In this document: in pieces, positions 23,958-37,100 of the stretch
Numbering within the stretch: the first letter of the stretch is position 1
Layout of the letters: each line of letters starts with the position of its first letter
From: Antedon mediterranea
Taxonomy: Eukaryota > Animalia > Echinodermata
Length of the DNA stretch: 64,000 nt
Direction: 5' to 3'
Assembly (NCBI RefSeq): GCF_964355755.1
Contig: NC_092676.1
Location: 26,864,871 to 26,928,870 of the forward strand
Translations under genes and position numbers: made by a program
The notes under the pieces: generated by a model
Database searches by the model: none
Told to the model about the DNA's origin: nothing
What the model saw: only the letters and a program-made list of their open reading frames with translations

Positions 23958-26488
23958 CTATCTGTCAACTGACACCTTCTCTTTGCTGAACAATAATTTT
24001 ATAAGTTCATGTGAATATTCCAATTCCTCCTAAAACAGAAAGAAAAAAAAATTGTATACAGTTTTGTTGGCAAATTTAGATTGTGTAAAGCTCTGTCTAC
24101 ACTATCAAACTAATTTGATGGAAAAAGTGTGATGTGCCCAAATATGGTAGTGATATGACATCATCATGTCCATATATGGGCAAATCGCATTTTTTTGTCA
24201 CATAAAGAGCTCTACATTTGTTGTTTCTACAGTATGTCCCTAATAACAGCAACTACATAGTTTGTGTACGTTATGTTCTTAACACTAACCTGGAATTCTT
24301 CTTTCCCTTTTAACATCTCTTGTCGATCCTTTAATAGTTTATGCAAATGTAAACAAGGATTCTTAGCATCTGATTGGGCAGCTGTGTGGTCTTGAACCAG
24401 AGTCAATAAGGAGAGCATTACGTATTCATGAGTGTTGTCATGGTCCGTCTGTAGCATGCTCACTAACTGGTCTACCATCCCCATCTGCTGTACCACATCT
24501 GTCGACAGTATCAACATTTTATTTTACACATTAAAATCGACTAGTAAAAACAAGGTATCAACTATGGCACTCAAATCATATATTTTATTTACGTTTGTCA
24601 AGATTGAGATGGCCATGGTGGCTTAAAATAATATTAATAATTTATAATATTGAGAAGAGTATCCCCAGTGATTTTTTGAAAACACTTCATAAAGTTAGTG
24701 TTGCCCTGGGCTGGATGTAGACCTGGACCACTTGAGATAGGTCCAGAAGAGGCTTTGATATTTTGGCCGGCTTATGCAGTGAACGGCTCCTCAATGGCTT
24801 GAGGAAATGAATCCTCAGGGCCGTCGTTTAGAACACAAGTGTAAACATGCTAGATCGGCCCGAAACAATTACTGGAATGGCACAGTACCCATTGTGTAAA
24901 TGGGGTCTTAGGCCAGGTGGATGAGGTGACTTCATCTACATTCTTATCCAAAAGAAATACATTTCTTGGTAATTTACCTTTGTGTTTTGAATCCATTCTG
25001 AGAATGCTGTTAAGGAGGAATGATGCTTTGATTCTTAGCTTTGTGATACAACCTTGCATTGCTCTTACGAGATAAGAGAAGCCATCATTTGCTGTGAACG
25101 CTTCTAGACAAGGCTCATGATCACGTACCATACCTAATTGCAAAAACAAAAATATTTGATGAATTTGAACTAAATTTCGCCTGGTTTATTTAACTATTAT
25201 CCATAATGATCTTTTTATATTCTTGTTTTATTTTATTATCATATTTATTTTATATATTTCTCGCAACATAGGCCTACTAAAAAAAATTGATTATGTGGAA
25301 AATTGTGTGTCGTTTACGACTGCATTAGTTATAGGTATTAAATTTCTTATTCGGGACAACAAATAAATTACAAGTAACATACAGGAGATAGCATACAATG
25401 CTTTAACTCTCACGATGTCTGCATCATCTTTGTCTACGAGGTCAAAGAGCACTGGTATCATGTCATGGTTCAAGAGTACGTTCTGGCTGTATGGATTGTT
25501 TTGCGATACCATTGCTATCAATTCTGCCGTGTTCCACCTCACCTCTGAACTGGGATCGTTTAGGAGTTCTTTTAGGATTGCAGTTCCACCAATCTTGTGA
25601 AAATCTAGCAAAAGAAAAATGTTTCACTTTATCTGTCTACTTACTTGTTTGTCATCACTATAGTCATCATTTTCATTTTCCGCTACTGTCTTACTGTGGC
25701 TTGGTGGTTAACGTGCTTACCTGAGTTCGACCCTGACCAGGGTTTAAACTCGCGAATCTTTCAACTCCACTCCCCTAAGCTTGGTTCCCACTACAACGTA
25801 ACGCAAGGACGTAAACGCAACGCAAGCGTTTTAACCAATGACGAGAGAAGTTATAGACAGTTAGCAATCACAAGCAAATAAGCCATCGCTTGTGATTGGT
25901 CAATTCACTTGCGTTGAGTTACGTCCTTGTGTTGCTTAACCCTAAAATGAGACTCGGTTTATAAGCATGATAAATTATAGAAATAGTTTATCCCTCCTGT
26001 AATTGGATGAGTGGAGAGTTACTCGCTGTTGGAAGCGTATGATATTTAAAAAAAACCCAAAAAAGTCTTAGCATGTGACCAATTGCTTTTAATGTGTAAC
26101 TTACCGCTCGCATTGTCTATAGTTTGACAAAGGTCTTGTAAATGTTCTAGTAGAGATGCTTTCACTAAAGTGTCGTTCTCATGAGAGCTGCCAAGCAGTG
26201 GTTTAATATTATCCACAGTTTTTTTCATCTCCTTCGCTTCATCACAATGTAAATCGTTGAAAACATTTCGGAGAAACTCTTTTTTCTAAAGAAAGAATTT
26301 TCTAAATTACTTGGAGATGAATAAAAAGAAATTTATTTAGTGATTATTGGTAAACATTTTCTGATGTTTACCTCTTCGGTCATCTCTTCTCTTTCGACCG
26401 GTTCATCGCTTTGTACTGTGTTTTCAACTGCAAGCTGTAATATTCCAGATAAACTCTGATCAGGCTGATTTCGACTTCCGGATGCCAT
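23958..26488 (-). CDS. HSPBP1: Hsp70-binding protein 1 (Fes1-family armadillo nucleotide exchange factor), 6 coding exons
   Basis: Exons 26488-26372, 26285-26105, 25604-25383, 25133-24978, 24498-24290 and 24029-23958. Motifs IDNASDFHKIGG, SQNNPYSQ, VRVKALYAISC, KLRIKASFLL, EEFQEELEY and C-terminal DR. Confidence 0.93.
25695..26055 (+). mobile_element. tRNA-derived SINE interrupted by a MITE
   Basis: A/B-box-like head and body ATGAGACT..TAAGCATGATAAATTATA..AATAGTTTATCC shared with 50748-50957. MITE inserted at about 25777-25938. A-rich tail. Confidence 0.7.
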
Positions 26489-26957
26489 GATTTTTAAAAT
26501 CTGTATTTGTATCTATTCTAAAAAATGAATCAAATTTAACATAAATAATTATTAATATTGCATAAAGCATAATTATTGGATGTTAATTATTCAAATACTT
26601 TATGATAATTGTACTGTACTAAACTCCCTAACTCCAACTAGGCTTATTTACCAAAATATAGAAATACTACTACTTAAAGTAGGCCTTAGTTAGCCTATCT
26701 TTAGGTAGAAAGTGCTATTCCTTCAAACCTGTCAACTAGGCCTACTACCCCAACGTTGTATATACAGTCTGAGTCAGTGGTAGTAGATTGGGCCTCCTAT
26801 CTTAGCCTATCTATTATTAAACTTAAAACGCACACTACTAGCCTAGGTAGAAGTAGACACTATATTCTAGGCCTAGTTTTAGAAATTATGACTTACTTGA
26901 ACCTAAGTTTAATGAAATAAAAATGTGCTGAGACTGTATGAACTAATTTAAAAAACC

Positions 26958-26972
26958 AGAACCTTCTCGAAC
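26958..26972. promoter_or_regulatory. Perfect heat shock element (nGAAnnTTCnnGAAn)
   Basis: aGAAccTTCtcGAAc between the divergent HSPBP1 and SAMM50 starts. Confidence 0.65.
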
Positions 26973-27069
26973 TAACCACAACATGTTGTTTGTTGATGAT
27001 CTGAAATGTGACCTTTCTAGGTTTGACCTCCTGTTCACTCAAGCATTACTTTAGGTCACCGGCAAAAAC

Positions 27070-30000
27070 ATGGGGACTGTTCATGCAAAGGTACTTTCAA
27101 AATATGAATTATTTAATAATATTTATACTATGAAATTAGTGAATTTAGGTTTGTGTTTATCTCTATAAAAGCATGTTGCATCATATCGATAAGAAACTAC
27201 TATAGGCCTAGGCTGGCTAGCTAATATAAAAATAGGCTGGTTTCCCATCCATTTTGTGTGAACTGGGGGCCGGGGAGGATCAGCACAACAGTTTTAGTAA
27301 TAGTATGGTGTAATCTAGTAAAGGCTAGGCCTAGAAGGGTTTATATTTGTTTTTCTCATCTATAATTATATACATATTAACAGTAACATTCTAAGCCAAG
27401 TTATTGAACGCTGATGAGATGTATTAATTTAATGAAAACTATGTTTGTATTTTCTTTTCTTGTTTACAATACATACTGACATACTGTGTACTGTAAAATG
27501 TTATTTTTCAAGTTAATTGCTACAACAATTACCATTATTTTTTAGGAACCACCACCAAAGTTTCCACATGACTCTGACATGATGAAACCTGGAGATGGAC
27601 ATCAGCGACCTCATTACCATGTAAAAAAGAGGGTCTTTAAGGGAACGACACCGGTACGGAACACCATGTTTGACAGTTTCTTACACATGTTTTTTTTTTA
27701 AATGCAAAACACATTTAATTGAACTAAAAAAAAAAATGTGATAGTGTAGACCGAGCTTTACTCTTAAAAGTGAATTTTTCTTTTCAGTGTAAGGTTCAAA
27801 GAGTGCACATAGAGGGCTTGAAGAGAACCAAGAATGACCTGGTGGTTCCTCAGGTGCAAGACCTTCTTAAGTCCAAAGACTTCAAGGATATTATCCAAAA
27901 GTCAGCAGAAGCAAAGCTACGTTTAGAAGCATTGGGTATTTTCACCTCTGTTGGTGTTCTGATTGATACTGCAAAAGGTACAACAATCAATGTTTTATCA
28001 ATTCCAGATTTTTTTCACACTTTTCTTCAAGCACTAAATAAAAAGTAAAGCTCTGTCTACACTATCAAACTTTATGTTATATGAACATGATGATGATGAT
28101 GTCATATCACTACCATATTTGGGCACATCACACTTTTTTGTCAAACTAGTTTGATAGTGTAGACAGAGCTTTAGGTAGTAAAGTGCATTGTGAGGATCTT
28201 CATACTAATATAGCAAGAATTTGTAATTGGTATGTATGTTATGGTAGATAGTTTGCCATCCCAAATAAATCTAAATTAAATCTTGTTTCATATCATTTTT
28301 TAGGTCCAACTGCCAAGTCCAATGGAATGGACATCACATTTAAAGTAAAGGAGACCAGGCGCCTTTTGGGCAGTGCTCACACAACTGTTGGAAACAATGA
28401 AGGAACCCTGGTAAACAATATATATGTTTAATCCTCAACTAAGTTTTTTTTTAACCCATCGAACATAAAACTGTTTCATGTTGTGAGAATATTAAGTCTA
28501 AAGTTCTGTCTACACAATCAAACTTTATGTGATAAAAACATGTGATGTGTCCATATATGGGCATGATGATGTCATACCACTACCATATTTGGGAACATTA
28601 CACTTTTTTTGTCAAACTAGTTTGATAGTGTAGACCGATCTTTAAATGTAAATATATTTCTATTTTGATAGTCTCTTGGTGCCAAAATGCCAAATGTATT
28701 TGGAAGGGCAGAAAATCTAGTAGCTGAGTATTCGAGAAGTAGCAGAAAATCAAATGGATTTAGTTTTACATTTTTAAAGCCATATGGGAAAGAACTTGAC
28801 AGAAAGTAGGGTTTTACCTTTATTACTGAATATAAAGCTCTGTCTACACTACCAAACTAGTTTGATATGCCCAATTATGATAGTGATATTCTGAAATATG
28901 GTAGTGATATGACATCATCATGTCCATATATGTTTTTTTCACAAAGTTTGATAGTATAGACAGAGTTTAATGTACATTGTAAATATTTTTGCTTGGGTTG
29001 TAGCTAAATGAAGTAATGTATTTAATTTATATATTTAACTAATTTGCATATTTTTAGGTTCACTGTCAGTGCATTTAAGAGTGATTGTGATTTTCTTCAG
29101 AGTTCTTTTAAGGAGACGGATATTGGAACATTTGTTGAATTTGTGGTAAATATATAATAATACATATTTTGTACATTTTTGTTGTCTTTGTACAAACTTA
29201 CAAAGATATAGTACTGTGCACTGCTAGCTGTTGTGGGCCCGTGGAGGGCTTAATCTGAGTTTCTAGTTAAGCTTGAGGACCAGAATAAATACATTTAACA
29301 TTGACATTTAACATTTACATACTTAATAATATATAAATATAGTATACAAATAATGAATGCTTGATTATGCATTGAATGGAAAGAATATTTGACTAGTCAA
29401 TCAAGAACTCCATAGTCTTTGTTGATATTGGTTTCCTTGAAGAAATCACTACTATTTTTTAACATTTTATCATTTGTAAAGATTCCAAATGGATCTAGTC
29501 GTCACGGTTTTCGCTGGGAAGGTATTTGGAGGGAAACTTCATGTCTAAATAGAGCAGCATCGTTTGCTGTTAGATCAGAGGCTGGCCACTCCCTAAAATC
29601 ATCTTTAAAGGTAAGTTTATATACTATATTTACTTTTTAAAAGTACATTTTATTTTATTTTTTATTTTATTTATTCAACTTCACATGAGCTATGTGTACA
29701 CTGGACCTACGGTTTATAGTCCTTATCCGAGAAGACTCGTTCTACCACCAGAACCAAGGAGCGAGTGAGCCTCGAACCCTTGCCGATGTTATGGCTACGT
29801 TATAATTACGGTTCCACATAGCATACTTTACTAATCAATACATTGTAACAAAAATAAACATATTAGTTTTTTAATGAAGTTAAATTGATATGTATTGTCT
29901 TGTTCATTAACAAGGTGCAATATTACTTTTGCAGCATACATTTACAAGAGACACACGTGATGAGCACATATTTCCAACTAAAGGCACCTTTGTTCGAATT

Positions 30001-31525
30001 GCTCATGAGTTAGCTGGAGAAACTGGAGGAGATGTAAAATTCTTTAAGGAAGATTTTGAAGTTCAGCTGAACAAGAAACTTTTATTTAATTCTGTAATTG
30101 TATTTCAGTTGTGTTACTGTTTCATAGAATTATTCATTTGTATTTTAGTTTCAAACCTTTTGGTGTGAGTGGTATTACAAACCTAACATGTGAATCCAAG
30201 GGGCCCACCTTAAATGCAAAAAATATATATAAAATCTCCCCCTATTTGAAAATCATAGCTCTTCCACTGCCTGTATACACCCAGAAACTGATATTGAACA
30301 GATAAATTATCACATGTAAATTCACCTAAGGTATCTTTTTTTAATAGGTTATATCTTGTACATTACAAGGTGGTTTAATGAAGCCCTATAAAGGTACCAC
30401 ATCTCTGATTGCTGATCGTTTCTTTTTGGGAGGACCCACATCGGTCCGAGGATTTCAGATGCGGTCAATTGGTCCCCGCGAGGATGGTGAGACGAACTTT
30501 TATTTTGTTGCTTTTAGCATTTCTTTATTAAATGCACTATTTTATTTGGTTATGAAATGTTTAAATACGTTTAAACGATTCATTTTGATTGCTTTGTTTA
30601 GGGGATTATTTAGGTGCCGAAGCATTCTTGGCAGCTGGTCTTCATCTATACACACCACTGCCGTTCTTGCCTGTAAGAGGAGGATTTAGTGATCTCTTTA
30701 GAACTCATCTATTTGTTAACGCAGGACACCTTGCAAATATCAACTTAGGTACGGTACTGTGTTTTTTTATTATTTTTTTTACATAAAGTAAAGATAGATT
30801 TCAGTACCGAAATTTATCTTTTTATTTTTATTTGCAATTTATCAGTATCGAACGTCGTGTTTTGTACGCCTATTCCGTTACTTGTCCCTATGTCGCATGG
30901 CAGGATTTTGCACAGTTTTCAGAATATAAGTTTAATACAAAACCCAAGGAATTGTAATAACTGAAGTAGGGAGAATTAGTTAGAAAGGGTTGTTACATCA
31001 ATGCTTTATTAACCATTGATTGGCCCATTTAGATACACCGAATTGGAGAGAAGATTACGAAGAGCTTCGACAGAGCGTTCGATGTACGTATGGTGCTGGA
31101 ATCTTGCTACGTCTTGGCAGAATAGCAAGATTTGAACTTAATTATTGTGTACCAGTTTCTGCACAAGCAAATGATAGGCGAGTAAAACATTCAACATTTC
31201 ATGTTTATACAAGTCTTAAGCCCTGTCTACACTATCAAACTTTATTTGACAAAAAATGTGATGTGCCCAAATATGGACATGATGATGTCATATCACTACC
31301 ATGCTAGTTTGATAGTGTAGACAGAGCTTTACAATTTGTAAAAATTATTTTTTGTATGTACTGTACATTGTAGCATAAAATAGTCATTTTTTTCACATCG
31401 ATACAAATTTAATGTTGTGGGCAAGACATTTTAGTGTTAAAACTGGTATCCTAATATTCTGGTAATTTTTTTTTTGCAGAATACAAGGGGGTGTTCAATT
31501 TGGTGTCGGAATCAACTTTCTTTGA
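27070..31525 (+). CDS. SAMM50: Sorting and assembly machinery component 50 (Omp85 family), 12 exons
   Basis: Exons 27070-27090 (MGTVHAK), 27546-27653, 27788-27977, 28304-28410, 28672-28805, 29058-29145, 29482-29610, 29935-30093, 30348-30486, 30602-30748, 31033-31177 and 31480-31525. Motifs [21 protein letters not shown] and the terminal beta-signal [10 protein letters not shown]. Confidence 0.97.
28046..28173. mobile_element. High-copy MITE, intact copy in SAMM50 intron
   Basis: TAAAGCTCTGTCTACACTATCAAAC ... GTTTGATAGTGTAGACAGAGCTTTA perfect TIRs. Confidence 0.9.
29690..29800 (-). mobile_element. Partial Deu/Nin-type SINE
   Basis: Reverse complement of about 41675-41775 (CTCGGATAAGGACTATAAACCGTAGGTCCAGTGTACAC). 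Confidence 0.75.
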
Positions 31526-32160
31526 TGAAAATTAAGATAAAACTATAAATTGTATCATGTCGTTACAAATACATAGAAGAGTAGGTACAGTGAATATGTT
31601 GCCATCGTTTGGCCCAAGGAGACAATCGAGATAGTTATATCTGCAGAAAGTTTTTTTTTTACTTTTTTGGCTCAGAGGCAAATAAGTTGGATGAAACGCA
31701 ACATATACTGTAGTTTGCTTTAAATAAATTCTAAATAAAAGTGTACTGTAACTATATACATCCGAAACTCAGGATTGTTTTTTTTAAACATCATTGCCCA
31801 AACCAATCATGTATGCGAGTGCACTAAACTAAGATAGAGCTATGTAGTGTATGCGAGTGATCTAATAAATTGTTTTAAACCAATTCTTCCATTATACTGT
31901 ATGTACTTAATATAGTATTGGTATTAAAATACTCGATCACACAACAATAGGTAACAACAAAACATACTGACAACACATTAAGTATTGACTGGCTTTTTAT
32001 TTTGTCAAAAGAAATCACACCCGGTACTTTATGGTGGCATTGCTCTATTTATATCCCAACTGTGTCTTATTTAGAAACATTTATGACATTAATAAAGTTC
32101 ATGGTCATGTATTCCGTAAAATCATGTCAACACCAAAAATAACATCTCCATAATAGCTGT

Positions 32161-32982
32161 CTAGAAGTTGAGCTTGGTTCGTCTCCAATGACGCCTCTTG
32201 GCATTATACCTGAAATTAAACAAAAAAGTACTGTAATATTTCATTTCAAACAGTGCGAGTTTGAAGGTCTGAAACAGCTAGATCTTGATGATGTTTTTAG
32301 ATGTTGAAATGTTTATAATTAATAAACTGTAGTTACATAAAAAAGTTGAGCATACAATTTAGTTTACTAAAATAAGTACAATAGTTACCTTATCTTGTTG
32401 CCAGTTTTCATCCTGGTCCATTGTGGAATTGGCCTGTTCTGCTTCTGTTTTCTGGCCAACTTTTGCTTAATCTTGAATGCTTTGTGAGAAGGCTGAAATA
32501 GTACAAGAAAGATACGGAAAATAGTAACCTTGGTAACTTGGTGTTAGATATATCCTAGGCCTAGCTAGTTAGGCTCCCTAACCTACTATAGGCCCTAATA
32601 TACTATCTAACCTAAAAAGGTGAAGGGGGAAGTTTACGGTCGTGAGAAAGTTTAATTAAAATGGCATGCAGTTGACATCTGTCTACAAGTATTAATTAAT
32701 CGGCCCGAACAACACGGCAAGAATGTCGGTGTAACCAGCCAGAGGGCTAGGCCGGTGGTAATTCTAGGTCGGTACAGAACAGTACTCCTGGCCCTCCGCA
32801 TTTAATAGGGCCTAATAATAGGTGACCAGACAATTAATAACCTTCGTAAATCTCATACACGATTAACCATCGGGCTTCAAACGTATAACATATTAGAGAA
32901 TATTAAAATATTATTTCGGGAATGTTGTCATTTTTATTAATAAATTATAGAAAAGAGGTTAAAAAAGACAAATTATTACCAT
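32161..32982 (-). CDS. RPL39: 60S ribosomal protein L39 (eL39), 3 exons, 51 aa
   Basis: ATG-only exon 32982-32980, then exons 32492-32389 and 32209-32161: [51 protein letters not shown]. Too short to appear in the ORF track. Confidence 0.97.
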
Positions 32983-33010
32983 CTTTCAAAGCCGATACTT
33001 TGTCAGCTAC

Positions 33011-33030
33011 GGGAAAATTATAAAGAGACC
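33011..33030 (-). promoter_or_regulatory. TCT/5'TOP pyrimidine initiator of RPL39
   Basis: Minus-strand GGTCTCTTTATAATTTTCCC about 30-50 nt upstream of the ATG, typical of ribosomal protein genes. Confidence 0.55.
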
Positions 33031-34174
33031 ATGAGGGCGTTCTCGTCAAAACAGCCCGCCCTCAATTTAGTTCCACCAGAATACAGGAAAAAATGAGAGA
33101 AGAAAATCATTGTTCATACCAAAGATAGTTTATCTTTGTTCTTCTTACTAAAATTAATTGGTTTTAAGATACAGGTACATATTGTTGTATCTTAATATGT
33201 ATAGACACATATAGTTAGTGTTATTATTAATGTTTTGAGTTAGCGATGGTAGAGAAAATCTACTTATATCCTAAGTAAAATATTTTTATAATTACTTTTA
33301 ATACGGGAGATGAACTATTTTAATGGTTAAGTTATGTTTGAATGGAAAATAGTTTGTGATTTCTGCTTTAATTCGTGATTTCTGCTTTAATTCGTGATTT
33401 ATTGATATATATTCTAATTCAAATAAAACTTATTATATAACATCCCATCTAAACAATTATGTTTAAAAAAAAGTTATTTTGGTTATTAAAACGTTTTTAG
33501 TAACCGTTTGAAAAACGTGTATTAATGTGGAGTTTTGAAAACGTTTTAGAAAAAACTCAGCTAAAAAAACCCAATTTAAAACGTTTTATTATCTGTTAAA
33601 AAAGAAGTGACCATAGGAAGAAAAACATAATAATAAAACAATGGTAAACGGAATATATAAATTATGTAATCAAAAATAAAAAACAAATCAACAATAAATA
33701 AATAAAATATATTATATAATTATTTACGTGTGAAGACAAGCAGCAGAATGGTGGTTTACCACGAAATTGTGCGCCAAAGAGAAAGTTAAAATAAGAAAAT
33801 AGAATTTATTTTGACAAATTAAATTAAGTAACTTGATGGTCTGAAAATAATTGATAAACAGTGCACAGGGACAATTTGGCCAAGCTCTTTGTTTACGTAA
33901 TTGACTGACATCAAAGGAGCCGCATGACAGGTAAAAGGACCGGTAGTGTCGACAAAATAAACAATAGAGGGCGTTAACTTACGACCAAGAAAAAGTAAGA
34001 GAAAGAACTAAAAGGCGGAAGTGTTGTTGTGGTGCGGTATGTTGTTATCGTTATTCGAGAACGCAGTAAAGTCGCCAAGAAGGAGATACGTTTTTGTTTA
34101 AGAATGTAGAGAGAAAAGGGAATATAAAATCTACAGTTACTCTGTTTTATAGAATTTGAAGCAATACACCAATC

Positions 34175-37100
34175 ATGGGTAAAGACCAGGAGTTATTAGA
34201 AGCCGCACGGACTGGTAACGTTGCAGTGGTTGAGAAAATTCTTAGCCCAAAATTACGTCCGCGTGTGCTAAACCAGGCGATAGCATTAGCAAGGTGAGCA
34301 CTTATCGTCTGCTGATGCTGACAAAAGGTTCTTGTAATTGGATACCATTTTTGCCTCATCAAGGCCAAGGTGACCAGAAAAAAAATACATCCGCTTTTTT
34401 TTTATACATCTATAGCCAAGTTAAAATAGTCATCAATAATATATTATCAAGAATTGTGTATGTTTGGCTGAGTGAGGTTGCCTTTTCTTGATGTGTAAAT
34501 TAATTTCTTATTGTTGGAAATGTTTTAAGTTTTGTAATGTAAAGGAGGAGAATGAAAATTAATGTTTTTATTTTTTTAGCGGTCCCACTGGAAATGTTAA
34601 TTTATGAAATTCTATTTGTATTCATGTTTTCTTTAATCATCTCATCCATTCTTTTTGATAAATAATTATTTTATTAAATTTCATTTTGTTAAAAATAATT
34701 TAGAAGCAACCCTTTTTTGAATATGACTTAAAATATAACGCTGTGGCTAAAGATACGGTACCGTATTCTAACTTCTGTTTACTAAAGGTACGGTAAAATT
34801 GCATTACGTCATAACCAGCCAATGGGGTGCTGGTATGTGTGTGACGTCATCGTATAAGGACTTTGTGGATTTTTTTCATATCGCGAAAACAGTGATCAAC
34901 CGCATTTTCTTCATGCTTCATTCATATCGCTATTATCGCCGTCGTGTGTGAAAAAAACTAAATGTAGCCTACGTCTGTTATTATTATTGAAAAGCCAAAA
35001 CATTGATTTTAATTCTAGAATACAGAAAACCGTTTCAACAGAGGCCTAGGCCTACTTACTACGTACTATAAACCTCATGAGTTTGTTTGTGTTGGGAAAG
35101 CGATGCCAGGCTGGAGCCAGCTGCATGTGTGCGCTGATTTCTGTGACTCGTCAGCCCTGGGGCTACTGTCTAAATCATAGTATTTGAGGGCCCCTTTATT
35201 GTCCGCATTTGCTTGTTGTTTATGGTCACCATTGTAAACAAAGTTTAATAAAAAATATAGGCCTAAATAGGCCATTTGGAATCAAAATAAAACCCTCATC
35301 TGCAGCGCACACACATCCACGCAGCCTGGCGCCGCCGATAGGAATTCTCTACATATACAACAGACGCGATATGAAAAAAAGTCCTTATACGATGACGTCA
35401 CAACGTACCAGCACTCCATTGGCTGATTATGACGTAATGCAATTTTACCGTACCTTTAGTAAACAGAAGTTAGAATACGGTACCGTATCTTTAGCCACGG
35501 CAAAAATATAAACTTATAAAAATGTGCAACTCCAAAATTTGATACAGTAAAGGATGATACTGTACGTGAACCTAACATCTTTATTTGGTTAGATCTTGCT
35601 CAATCAGTGATGCAATACATTATTATTTAGTAAATTACTTTTGAACTCTCTGTGCCCACGTTAACTACAGTAGTGGTTTCCACCACAATATGATCTCACC
35701 ACAACAGTACACAATACTACTGGACACAGAGGAGTACAGTATAATATATTGTAGGTCCATGGTACTTTGTAGTGTTGTAATTAGTCGGCTAGTACAGTAT
35801 AAAAATCATTGATTGAGATTCTGTTTGTGAATGACTTGACTTTCTTTAGTACATTTATTTGTCATAAAACCAAATATACATAAAACCCTTTTAGAAAACA
35901 AGAAGTTATTTTTAAAATACACAAATGACAATGTTGTGTTTATTCAAGAGAGCAGTGACCGTTCAACAATCAATGTATATTGTAAAAGTTTTGTTATGAA
36001 TTTCCTGTCTTCTCATTTACCTGCCATACCTTTCATACTGTAATAATACCATTTATCATTCATGCATGATTGATTTTCCGATTGTCAAGTAATCGGATTT
36101 TGAATTTAATATTCTGAATTAATATTTGTTTTGATTTACAGTAGTTTTAGGGGTTTTAGAGGACCAAACTGCCAGGATGCCTCGGGATATACACCTCTGC
36201 ATCATGCGTCACTCAATGGCCACGTGTAAGTATTCTACTGGTTTTAATAGTTAATTATTGTTGGTAAATTATTAATGATCCACACATGTAATATTAACTT
36301 CATTTCCAAGTGAAATATTTATTTTAACTTTTGACTTAGTATTGTACAGTATGATGGAATACAAATTTTCATTTGAAATACTGTACGAAAAGGAAATGCA
36401 CTAGATCTGATAAATAAAGTACAAATGTATGTGCTTAAGTGTGTACAGTACCGTAACCTTGATGTCTCAAACACCAAATACTTATCAATCAAGTTGTAAA
36501 CAAATCAGATATAAACTTAATTAATATTGACCTTCGTTTGACCTTTTATGAGGCTCATCTGCAAACATTGTTCAGAGATGCATCCTTGTGTCCTTTGTTG
36601 GTTATCATGATTTCACAATAAAAATACAAAGAACAAACAAAGAAAGAATTTAAGCAAATATGTACACTTTGATACATTTGTACTATATTATCAAAGATTA
36701 AATTTGTTCTGTTGCACCCTACAAATTGACCTTATTATCTTCAAGGATTCTGTCTGGTTCTTGACAAGATTTTGTTTACTGAAACCTACCGCCTTCTGAT
36801 ACATACTACTGTACTGCTGTACTATGTACAGTAAGCTACAAGATACACACATTTTAGGCCTACAGCTTTAAATAAATTTTTGATAAATTCAGATCTAATA
36901 CAATCAATAGAAATCAATTATTTTTTTAATAATCTGAGTGTTTCCACCTCTAAAGGCCAATTTGCACAGACAAGCGGTAGCGATTAAGCAAAAAAACCGC
37001 GTACAGTAGCTTTTCCAACATAGAATCTGTACCTGTATCTAGTGTACAGTAAATGGTAATATTTTCTATTTTTATTACTGTTACTGCTCGTCCTAAATTG

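Noticed and set aside
32210-32979. Intronic snoRNA in RPL39 (vertebrate RPL39 hosts an H/ACA snoRNA)
   Set aside because: I could not identify convincing C/D or H/ACA boxes with hairpins on the sense strand by eye. An Infernal or snoRNA search is needed.
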